From positions 32,001 through 96,000 of the IMG/VR virus record IMGVR_UViG_3300025150_000004: a DNA stretch of 64,000 bases; one strand, given 5' to 3'. The stretch comes from a virus. Positions 56,957 through 64,000 of this stretch are shown here, piece after piece (position 1 is the first letter of the stretch; each line of letters opens with the position of its first letter). The notes beneath the pieces were generated by a model. That model made no database searches. It saw only the letters and a program-made list of their open reading frames with translations, and had not been told where the DNA came from. The position numbers and the translations under genes are program-made.

Positions 56957-58891
56957 GTGGTGGAACTGTCGTCTGAACTCCTTCGGGAGTTGTACCTGGA
57001 ACAACGGTTGTCCGAGGCTCTTATCGCAGAGCGGTTTGGAACCTACCAGGTGAAGATCGGCAGGCTGAGGAAAAAGTGGGGAATCCCCACCCTCTCCAAA
57101 ACCGAGAGGGTCGCAGGTGCTTTACCTGATCTCACCGAACAGCAACGGGAACTCATTATGGGCTCGTTACTTGGTGACGGCTGGATGCGGGCCAGCAGTG
57201 AACTGGCCGCAGGGTTTGGCGAAGGCCATGCCGTTTCCCAGTCTGCTTACACGGATTGGAAAGCTGATTTACTTGAGCCGTTCACCCGCTCCAGATATCA
57301 CGGGAAAAAGACAGACGGGGAAACGGGCAAGGTCTATCACAGTTGGTCTTTTGCGACGGCCTGTTGTACCCAGATTCGTCCTTATTATGACCTTTTCTAC
57401 CCCTCTCCAGCCCGTAAACGGCGTTTCCCTCCGAATCTGCCTGATTTAATGACCCCGTTTATGCTGGCTGTTTGGTACATGGATGATGGGAACCTAACGG
57501 AGCGAAATGAGCCCAGAATCGCTTTTGGTTTGGATGACCGGAGTTTGTATCGGGGGCTGAAGGCTTTGTCGAAGCTCGGTCTCAAGCCCAGGGTCTACGG
57601 TCAGGGTTCCGATCAGGCCATCCATTTTCCCAAGCAGAGGATGAAGTTCCGAGCCCTCATCGAGACTTACGTCCCTGAGTGCATGACCCACAAACTCCCG
57701 ATCGAAACTGATCGTCAGGCTGGCGATCGGAGAGCCAGGGTTTTGACGTTGGATAAGGCAGCGCATCTCTACCGGGGCGGTCTCAGTGCGGAAGCGATAG
57801 CACAGGTCTACGGGGTCGGGACCTCCACCGTGAGCCGCCGCCTGAAAGATGCTGGGGTGCAGAAGCGCCGATCAGGCCCTCACTCGAAGAAGTTGACCCG
57901 GGAGGCTGCTGAGGCTGTGCTGGGGTCCTTCGACCCATCTCGGTGGTCTACCTTGACTGAGCAAGAGCAGGATCGGTGGGTAAGGGAAGCGTTCCAGGTG
58001 TTACGGACGCTAGGGTTCCCATTTCCGAAGCAGGGTTCGGTTTCCATTGCTAAGGAGTTGTCTAAGGTCAGGGAATCCCAGATGTTCCTGGAAGATAGTC
58101 GTATCATGCCGGTACGACGGGTAGGGATCGGACTCTGCAAAGAGTTTTTCCCCAACCGGTACCGGGCCGTTTCGATGACCAAAGCCGTATCGGCTTGGGA
58201 ATCCTGGCATCGGGATTCTGACCTTAAGCGGGCTGTTCGCTTTCAGTTCAAGGTGGGGGACCCAGTGCTTCCTCATCGGGTACTCCGGGCGGTGACCATG
58301 AATTGTCGGACGCCAACCGTATTTCGTCCGACCGTGGCCCGGTTCATCTATGAGAGATTCCTGGAGCCGGGTCAGGTGACCTGGGACCCTTGTTCTGGGT
58401 ATGGGGGTCGTCTGTTAGGTGCTGTGGCTGCCGGAGTCCGGTACGTTTCGACCGATGTTGACCCGGAGACCGTGGAGGGGAACTTGGCTCTAGCCAAGGC
58501 TTTGGGGGCGGATGTGTCAGTGATCTGCTGTCCGGCCGAGGCGTCAGACCCGCCACCTGTGAATTTGGTTTTCACGTCTCCGCCATATTTTCATCAGGAG
58601 CAGTACGAGGGTGGCTCGCAGTCGTGGAAGAAATATCCTGGGTTTGATATTTGGGTAGATGGTTTTCTACGGCCGATGGTCGAGAAAGGAGCCAAGGTTC
58701 TCCTTCCTGGTGGTCATTGGGTGATGAACATTGCCGATGTGAAAAACCGGAAGGGGTCGTTCCCGTTGGTGGTTGCCGCTCGTCAGGTCATGTCCGAGGT
58801 GGGGTTAACAGAGATGTCGATGTTGAAAATACCATTACCTTCGCTGAACCGGAAAGACCCCTGGGAGCCGGTCTTGGTGTTTCGGCGGTAG
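56957..58891 (+). CDS. HTH-LAGLIDADG endonuclease-HTH-DNA amino-methyltransferase fusion (ORF open from 56927)
   Basis: IMGSLLGDG and LAVWYMDDG (LAGLIDADG); two HTHs; DPCSGYGGR (motif I) and FTSPPYF (motif IV); visibly lower GC than its flanks. Confidence 0.85.
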   Translation: MVELSSELLRELYLEQRLSEALIAERFGTYQVKIGRLRKKWGIPTLSKTERVAGALPDLTEQQRELIMGSLLGDGWMRASSELAAGFGEGHAVSQSAYTDWKADLLEPFTRSRYHGKKTDGETGKVYHSWSFATACCTQIRPYYDLFYPSPARKRRFPPNLPDLMTPFMLAVWYMDDGNLTERNEPRIAFGLDDRSLYRGLKALSKLGLKPRVYGQGSDQAIHFPKQRMKFRALIETYVPECMTHKLPIETDRQAGDRRARVLTLDKAAHLYRGGLSAEAIAQVYGVGTSTVSRRLKDAGVQKRRSGPHSKKLTREAAEAVLGSFDPSRWSTLTEQEQDRWVREAFQVLRTLGFPFPKQGSVSIAKELSKVRESQMFLEDSRIMPVRRVGIGLCKEFFPNRYRAVSMTKAVSAWESWHRDSDLKRAVRFQFKVGDPVLPHRVLRAVTMNCRTPTVFRPTVARFIYERFLEPGQVTWDPCSGYGGRLLGAVAAGVRYVSTDVDPETVEGNLALAKALGADVSVICCPAEASDPPPVNLVFTSPPYFHQEQYEGGSQSWKKYPGFDIWVDGFLRPMVEKGAKVLLPGGHWVMNIADVKNRKGSFPLVVAARQVMSEVGLTEMSMLKIPLPSLNRKDPWEPVLVFRR

Positions 58892-58951
58892 TTCGGTTCC
58901 TCCCTCCCAAGGGTAATAGACCTCGTGAGCCCCCGGTAAGGAGAGCCGAAC

Positions 58952-59617
58952 ATGCAGATCCCCGTTCCCGACAGCATCGCCTCTGCCGCTCTCGGCGGCA
59001 ACACGGGCGTCCTCACCGAGGTCAGCGACGCCTTCAAGGCCCTGAAGGCCGCCCAGGAGAAGGCCCAGCGGGCCCTTCAGCCCGAGGTCGCCCAGGTCTT
59101 GGCCGACGGCCTGGCCCGCTCGAAGGCCGCCAACGGCGAGTCCGCCCAGATGGTCATCACCGAGGAGGGTGCCCTGGTCGTCCGACTCGGCGAGTCCCAC
59201 GAGCCAACCGAGGCTCCCGAGGACCGCAAGGTCGTGGTCGCCCAGCCGTACACCCAGCCTGAGTCTCCGAAGGAGACCCAGAAGGTCACCCCTCCGGGTC
59301 CACCGCAGTACCCGTCCCTGGACGAGCTTCGCCAGCGGGCCGAGGCCGCCGGGGTGGACATCAGCGATCTCGACGGGCGCAAGAAGAAGGAGATCCTCGA
59401 CCGGATCGAGGTCGCCGAGAACGCCGCCCCCGAACCCTCACCGGCCCAGGAGACCCCACCCGAGGTGGTCGAACCCACGGAGGAAGACGAGGAGGACGAC
59501 CACCTGGGTCTGGATGTGGCCCCGGACGAGGAGCCGGTGGAGTCCCCGGAGAACGTGGGGGGGGCGGAGCCCGTCATCCCGCCCGAAGTGGACGTGGACT
59601 CCTGGCTGGACGACTAG
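58952..59617 (+). CDS. Hypothetical acidic protein with a HeH/Rho-N-like motif
   Basis: SLDELRQRAEAAGVDISDLDGRKKKEILDRI; AAGGAG RBS. Confidence 0.7.
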   Translation: MQIPVPDSIASAALGGNTGVLTEVSDAFKALKAAQEKAQRALQPEVAQVLADGLARSKAANGESAQMVITEEGALVVRLGESHEPTEAPEDRKVVVAQPYTQPESPKETQKVTPPGPPQYPSLDELRQRAEAAGVDISDLDGRKKKEILDRIEVAENAAPEPSPAQETPPEVVEPTEEDEEDDHLGLDVAPDEEPVESPENVGGAEPVIPPEVDVDSWLDD

Positions 59618-59928
59618 AGGCTCATCCAGAACCAGCAGACCAGCGACCAGTAGACTACGAAGCAGACGTACCCCCCGGTGACCACGATCAGATGGTCCCT
59701 CCGCCTCCACATGAGGTAGGACCCCAGTCCGACCAGGGACGTTTTGACGGCCACGAATGGCAGTGGCCCCGACTCCATCGGACCCTGGAGGAGAGGATTG
59801 GCCTCGACGGCGAGCCCTTTGGCGACGACCCAAAGGGTCGCCGAAGCATCAAACACGTTGAACACGAGCGTGGCGATGATGAAGAACGTCGCCAACGACT
59901 TCAGGAATTTTGACCCCACCAGCAACAC
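59614..59928 (-). CDS. Small membrane protein, DUF5658-like
   Basis: FNVFDASATL ... G ... EANPLL ... VK with three hydrophobic segments; GGAGGG RBS before GTG. Confidence 0.65.
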   Translation of the reverse strand: MLLVGSKFLKSLATFFIIATLVFNVFDASATLWVVAKGLAVEANPLLQGPMESGPLPFVAVKTSLVGLGSYLMWRRRDHLIVVTGGYVCFVVYWSLVCWFWMSL

Positions 59929-60008
59929 ATTACTTCCCTCCAGGGTCCCCCGAGCCGTGACCGGGGGCCGGGCGTGGGGGAAGCACCACCCGGCCCCCGG
60001 TCGGCGAG

Positions 60009-61493
60009 TCAGGGCAGCGGGGCGTGCAGCACTGCGACGAGGCCACGGTCGTGGTCGTGCAGGTACACGGGGAGGGACTTCGCTGCCCCGACGTAACCGT
60101 TGAGCGAGTGCCAACGGTCGGTCCCCGAGAGGGAGGGGATCTGGCGGCGAGTGACGCCGTAGGCCACGTCGGTCTCCGTCCTCTCGAAGTGCATGTGACC
60201 CGTGTAGATGGTCTTGTGCGGGCACTGCGACCAGTGCTTCGACGCCTCCCGGGCCATGAGCCCCGCCATGTCCTGGGTCTTCTTCACCCCGTCGCCGTGG
60301 ACGAACCCGATGAGGTTCTGCCCGTAGACCCGGTAGACCCTGGGAGTTCGGTCGAGGTGGACCTCAACATCCGGGGCGTCACGGAACAGGGCGTCCAGGT
60401 AGAGCAGCAAGGCCAGGCCCAGCATCCGGTCGTGGTTGCCGGACATGAGGACCAACTCCACCGGGGCCACCTGGCGGAGGGTGTGGATCCAGTCCTCCAT
60501 CAGCTTGCAGGCGGACACGAGGATCTCCGCCGGGGTTCCATCCATGTCCTGCATGGTTCCCTCGGTCGTCGTGCCCTTCTGGTTGTCGATGTGCAGGAAG
60601 TCCGACCCGATGGGGACGTACAGCTTCTCCGGCCGCCCCAGTCGGGCCACCTGGGCGAACACGTCCTCGGTGGCCTGGAAGAGGCGGTGCTCGGCGATCT
60701 GCCGGTTGTAGGGCTCGCCCACCTCGTCGGCATCGCCGTACTTGCCCCAGTGGAAGTCGGTGAAGCCGACGACCCCAGCGAAGGGGCTGTCCGGCTCCGC
60801 AAGTCGGAGCTTCGGGACCTGGACGACCTTCCGGTTCTTCAACCCCTCACGAAGGGTCCGCAGAAGATGGTCCTCGACCTCCCGCCATTTCATGGCGTCC
60901 TGGCGGATGTCGGCCCACTTGGCCTGCTCCATCTTCTTGTAGAGCGTGGCCCGGCGAAGCTGGAGAGCATCCTCGACCAGTTCATCGTCGGTGCGGGACA
61001 TCACCTCCTCGGTCGAGAAGGGCTCCATGTCGTGGGTGATGCCGTGGACCTTGAGGTACTTGACGACCCAGGGGCGGGGGAGCCGCACGGTACGGGCGAT
61101 CTCGTTGACGGTCGCCGGGTTCCCGTCGAAGTTGCTGTAGGCCCGAACCATCTCCCTGTGGACCTCGCCCGGGAGCACCAGCGGCTTCGGGAGACCTGGG
61201 ACGAAGGTGACGTAGGTGTCATTGTCCGGGTTGTAGACGTACTGCTTGTCGTAGAGGTACTGGGACGCCTCCTGCTCGGTGGGCTCGGCGGCGGAGGGCT
61301 CGACCTCGACCTCGGAGGGCTCTGCCGGATCGGGGTCTGGGAGTTCGGAGAGGTCGCCACGGCGGCAGTAGGCAGCGAGGGCCTTTGCGTGGGCGAGAGG
61401 GAGTCCGGTCATCGCCACGATGCGGGCGCTGGACAGCTTCCCTCGGGTGATCCGCTCGCTGTAGAGCGAGGCGTACTCTTCCAACCAGGTCAT
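60009..61493 (-). CDS. Calcineurin-like metallophosphoesterase with N-terminal HTH-like region
   Basis: TDFHWGK, GSDFLHID, SGNHD, VHGD, TGHMH; AAGGAGG RBS. Confidence 0.85.
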   Translation of the reverse strand: MTWLEEYASLYSERITRGKLSSARIVAMTGLPLAHAKALAAYCRRGDLSELPDPDPAEPSEVEVEPSAAEPTEQEASQYLYDKQYVYNPDNDTYVTFVPGLPKPLVLPGEVHREMVRAYSNFDGNPATVNEIARTVRLPRPWVVKYLKVHGITHDMEPFSTEEVMSRTDDELVEDALQLRRATLYKKMEQAKWADIRQDAMKWREVEDHLLRTLREGLKNRKVVQVPKLRLAEPDSPFAGVVGFTDFHWGKYGDADEVGEPYNRQIAEHRLFQATEDVFAQVARLGRPEKLYVPIGSDFLHIDNQKGTTTEGTMQDMDGTPAEILVSACKLMEDWIHTLRQVAPVELVLMSGNHDRMLGLALLLYLDALFRDAPDVEVHLDRTPRVYRVYGQNLIGFVHGDGVKKTQDMAGLMAREASKHWSQCPHKTIYTGHMHFERTETDVAYGVTRRQIPSLSGTDRWHSLNGYVGAAKSLPVYLHDHDRGLVAVLHAPLP

Positions 61494-61595
61494 GCTCGGC
61501 CTCCTTCGGCTGTTGGCCAGCACATGAAGGAACGGTCAGACAGCAGGCCGAGCAGAGCTTGGGAGGCCGGGGCCTCTTGCTAATAGAGAGTCGGG

Positions 61596-61609
61596 ATAGG
61601 CTCGCAACC
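61596..61609 (-). promoter_or_regulatory. Putative late promoter, GGT-N7-CTAT, on the minus strand
   Basis: Minus strand reads GGTTGCGAGCCTAT, about 100 nt upstream of the minus-strand operon. Confidence 0.55.
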
Positions 61610-61694
61610 GAAAGGAGTGCTGTTGTGAGGGGGTAGAGCGGCCCTTGGCGTGGGGTAGATGGGGAGGACAGCACGACCCCGAACGGAGGGAAAC

Positions 61695-62876
61695 ATGAGC
61701 GACGGGTTCACGTTCCACGGCTTCCAGCGAGGCCCCCAGATCTACGCCACACGGCACACCATCCTCCTTCTCCTGGCTCTCAACGACATCTGGAAGCAGG
61801 AGAAGGCGAAGTACCAGTTCACCGGAGGCTTCGACCCGGCGAGGCACTTCCACAAGCCGACCCTGCTCGCTGACCTGGCCAGAGCCATCGCCCCGGTCAT
61901 CAAGAAGGTGCTGACCCCAGGGGACGTGTACGCCCACCTGCTCTACCTGTCCGAGCGGAAGCTCGGGTCGGACACGGTGATGGTGCGGAACCATCCCGGC
62001 AACGAGAAGGCCGGGGAGCCCATTTTCCAGATGGGCAAGGCGGGCGAGGAACTCTGCGACATCATCGACAACCGTGGCGTCCGGGCGTTCATCGAGAGCG
62101 ACCCCACCAACTGGCACGCCCTGGTGATGTACGCCCGCCTCGTGGAGTCCGGCCAGTGCAGCCCGTCCGTCTGGACGCCGGAGAACATCGGCAGCCTGAC
62201 CGGCCTCACGGAGAGCCAGATCCGCAAGGCGATCAAAACCCTCCAGCAGGGGTTCACGAGCAAGGCCGGGGACCAGGAGTTCACGCTCGCTGCCGGGTCT
62301 CTCGTGGTGGAGGGGACCCGTCGTTTCCCGAAGTACAAGCTGGCTGCGAGCCTGCGGGTCTCCGCCAGCCCCGAGATCGGTGACCTCGACTTCGAGGAGG
62401 ACCCGAAGGCCCTCCGTCAGAAGGCCCAGACGGCGACGTTCCAGCAGATCTACGGCGGGAAGGGGCCACAGGGGAACGGCCGGGCGGCAGCAGCGGCGGA
62501 CGCCTTCATGGAGGAGTTCACCAAGCCCGAGGCCGACCCCGAGCCGACCCCCAGCGTTCCCGCATCCCGGCCCATCGGAGCCAAGGCCAACATCTCCGAC
62601 CAGGAAGTGGCCATCCTCCAGGCGGAGGCGATCCGACTCCGCATCTCGCTCGACTCCCTCATGACCCTCATCATCAAGACGGGCATCGAGGGCATCGAAC
62701 GGGAGAACGTCAACCGGGAGACGGCCGAGGCCAAGCGTCGGGAGGCCGAGGAGGCCCTGCGGAAGGAGGAGGAGGAGGCCCAGCGTGCGGCTCAGGCAGC
62801 AGCCGAGCGGCTGGCCGAGATCCAGCGGCGGCGGGCCGCCCTGGGGTCCGAGACAGGCGCATCACCGGCCCCCTAG
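61695..62876 (+). CDS. Hypothetical protein (possible winged-helix region plus C-terminal coiled coil)
   Basis: GGAGGG RBS; TPENIGSLTGLTESQIRKAIKTL is HTH-like. Confidence 0.7.
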   Translation: MSDGFTFHGFQRGPQIYATRHTILLLLALNDIWKQEKAKYQFTGGFDPARHFHKPTLLADLARAIAPVIKKVLTPGDVYAHLLYLSERKLGSDTVMVRNHPGNEKAGEPIFQMGKAGEELCDIIDNRGVRAFIESDPTNWHALVMYARLVESGQCSPSVWTPENIGSLTGLTESQIRKAIKTLQQGFTSKAGDQEFTLAAGSLVVEGTRRFPKYKLAASLRVSASPEIGDLDFEEDPKALRQKAQTATFQQIYGGKGPQGNGRAAAAADAFMEEFTKPEADPEPTPSVPASRPIGAKANISDQEVAILQAEAIRLRISLDSLMTLIIKTGIEGIERENVNRETAEAKRREAEEALRKEEEEAQRAAQAAAERLAEIQRRRAALGSETGASPAP

Positions 62877-62903
62877 AAAAACGACTCGGGTCGAAAAAAG
62901 TTG

Positions 62904-62932
62904 TTGACGGCGGATCCGGGTTCAAGTACAAC
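62904..62932 (+). promoter_or_regulatory. Host sigma70-type promoter
   Basis: TTGACG-N17-TACAAC preceded by an A-tract (UP-like). Confidence 0.7.
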
Positions 62933-62937
62933 GTCTC

Positions 62938-63370
62938 TTGCCGGTTGGGACTGCCCCCGAGAAATCGAGGATGGTTCCCAAACGGAGCACCGAGGGTCGA
63001 AGGTTCGCAACCTGAAACCGGAGGTGAGTGGGAGGTCGGGCGAAGGCCATTCCCACGGAAGGCGCTGACCATTCAGGTGGTCATGGGCTTCACCTGAAAA
63101 GGAAGTCCTGGGTTCTGAAACATGGACCCGAACCCCATGGCGGGGAAGATAGCGAGCGCCGCTATCGTTCTCACCCGCCTTCGCAGAGGTCAACCGGGCA
63201 ATCGGCGAGCCAAAGCGACCCTGCCCTCCCCGGGCAACCGGGAGAGGGAGCCAGTCGGGTAACCGGGTGGTGGGACGGGGGAACTCAAGGACCCGTAACA
63301 GGGTCCAGCGGTTCAGCAATGCCCAGCGGGTCCGGCCGTCTTCGGCCGGACCCGCTGGGCATTCTTGTTT
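62938..63370 (+). ncRNA. Unidentified large structured RNA, about 430 nt
   Basis: Lies between a sigma70 promoter and a strong terminator; no coding-like ORF; dense helices with GNRA loops. Confidence 0.6.
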
Positions 63371-63371
63371 T
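63318..63371 (+). terminator. Intrinsic terminator
   Basis: 21-bp perfect stem (AATGCCCAGCGGGTCCGGCCG and its complement) followed by CTTGTTTT. Confidence 0.85.
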
Positions 63372-63446
63372 AGGACCCCGGAAAAGGTCTACTGTCCTCG
63401 GTATCGTGACGCCAGCCCTTTCGGCTCCACGAGAATGAGGCGAAGA

Positions 63447-63686
63447 ATGCCGACCATCCGGCGACTGGACGTTCCCATCATCCTGGGTTGTCAACCCCCG
63501 GCAGGTCAATTCGCCAATGCGTTTCGAATCCTGAACGCCGACTCGGGCTGCGTGCTGGAGTTCCTGGTGTACTCCCCTCGTGAGAACAAGGCATTCCTCG
63601 TTCATCGCATCCGGCTCTCCCAAGAACTCCTTCCCGTCATCAAAGACCAGGTGAGGTGCGCTTTGGACCCCCAACACGCTTGTTGA
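63447..63686 (+). CDS. Small hypothetical protein, possibly DUF3467-like
   Basis: FANAFRI ... LEF ... HRIRLS pattern; start may be 63435. Confidence 0.5.
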   Translation: MPTIRRLDVPIILGCQPPAGQFANAFRILNADSGCVLEFLVYSPRENKAFLVHRIRLSQELLPVIKDQVRCALDPQHAC

Positions 63687-63723
63687 TCGGGGCATGGGTA
63701 GAGTGTGGAGCTACGGAGGTTTG

Positions 63724-64000
63724 ATGATGACGACGTTCCAGACCGGCCAGTTTCAGCCCCTCAAGGCCATCTCGGAGTTCAACTTCGGTCCCCTGAACGG
63801 GATGACCATCAAGGATGGAACCGAGATGGACTTCGACGGCACCACCCTGCGGATGATGGGGAAGGAGTACGGCTGCCCGGAGTTCTCCATCGCCATCCGG
63901 GCCGGATTCGTGAAACCCCGCTCCGACACCACTTCGGCTCCGCCGAAGCCCACCTCCAACGTGGAGGTGAAGTCGGCGGTCGGCCACGGGGAGACCCGAG
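63724..64000 (+). CDS. Hypothetical protein, truncated by the window end
   Basis: GGAGG RBS; open frame MMTTFQTGQFQ... with typical codon bias. Confidence 0.7.
   Translation, partial: MMTTFQTGQFQPLKAISEFNFGPLNGMTIKDGTEMDFDGTTLRMMGKEYGCPEFSIAIRAGFVKPRSDTTSAPPKPTSNVEVKSAVGHGETR

Noticed and set aside
1036-61583. Many long alternative-frame or antisense ORFs (e.g. 1036-3576, 18348-21002, 44827-46590, 53152-55041, 60024-61583)
   Set aside because: These are shadows of high-GC3 genes. They have no recognisable motifs and overlap well-supported CDSs.
62415-62456. RQKAQTATFQQIYG resembling the family A polymerase O-helix
   Set aside because: The catalytic Lys is absent and no other polymerase motifs are present in the ORF.
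62938-63317. tmRNA, RNase P or tRNA identity for the structured RNA (GGAAGTCC resembles the RNase P P4 strand; GGTTCGCAACC resembles a T-arm)
   Set aside because: No tRNA-like acceptor stem or CCA end, and no correctly ordered RNase P conserved regions were found.

Overview
This is a 64 kb segment of a large, GC-rich (roughly 65%, by eye) tailed dsDNA phage genome, almost all coded on the + strand. The left part (1-26.9 kb) is a replication, recombination and transcription module: holA-like clamp-loader delta (partial), class II ribonucleotide reductase with three inteins, RecD2 helicase, gp32-like SSB, RuvC, RecA, a split SbcC/Rad50, intein-bearing SbcD/Mre11, a Cas4/RecB-like nuclease, beta clamp, primase core, DnaX, a NusG paralogue and a sigma-like factor. 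The right part (26.9-56.8 kb) is the head module: candidate virion proteins, terminase, portal, a 2,800+ aa multi-enzyme polyprotein, a prohead protease with two inteins, an EF-hand scaffold, a decoration-like protein and an HK97-fold major capsid protein. It is followed by a LAGLIDADG-methyltransferase fusion, accessory genes and a ~430 nt structured non-coding transcript unit. The most novel signals are: (1) the post-portal polyprotein carrying a CCA-adding-type enzyme, a zincin and a type IB topoisomerase, punctuated by a recurring R-[VIL]-A-x-x-[FWY] motif shared with other head-module proteins; (2) an HNH endonuclease overprinted in a second frame inside that polyprotein without breaking its frame; (3) the unidentified large structured RNA; (4) a FVEFGFG motif shared by SSB and the nuclease; (5) two recurring promoter-like motifs that separate replication from virion genes. 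All assignments come from motif recognition by eye; no database searches were run.
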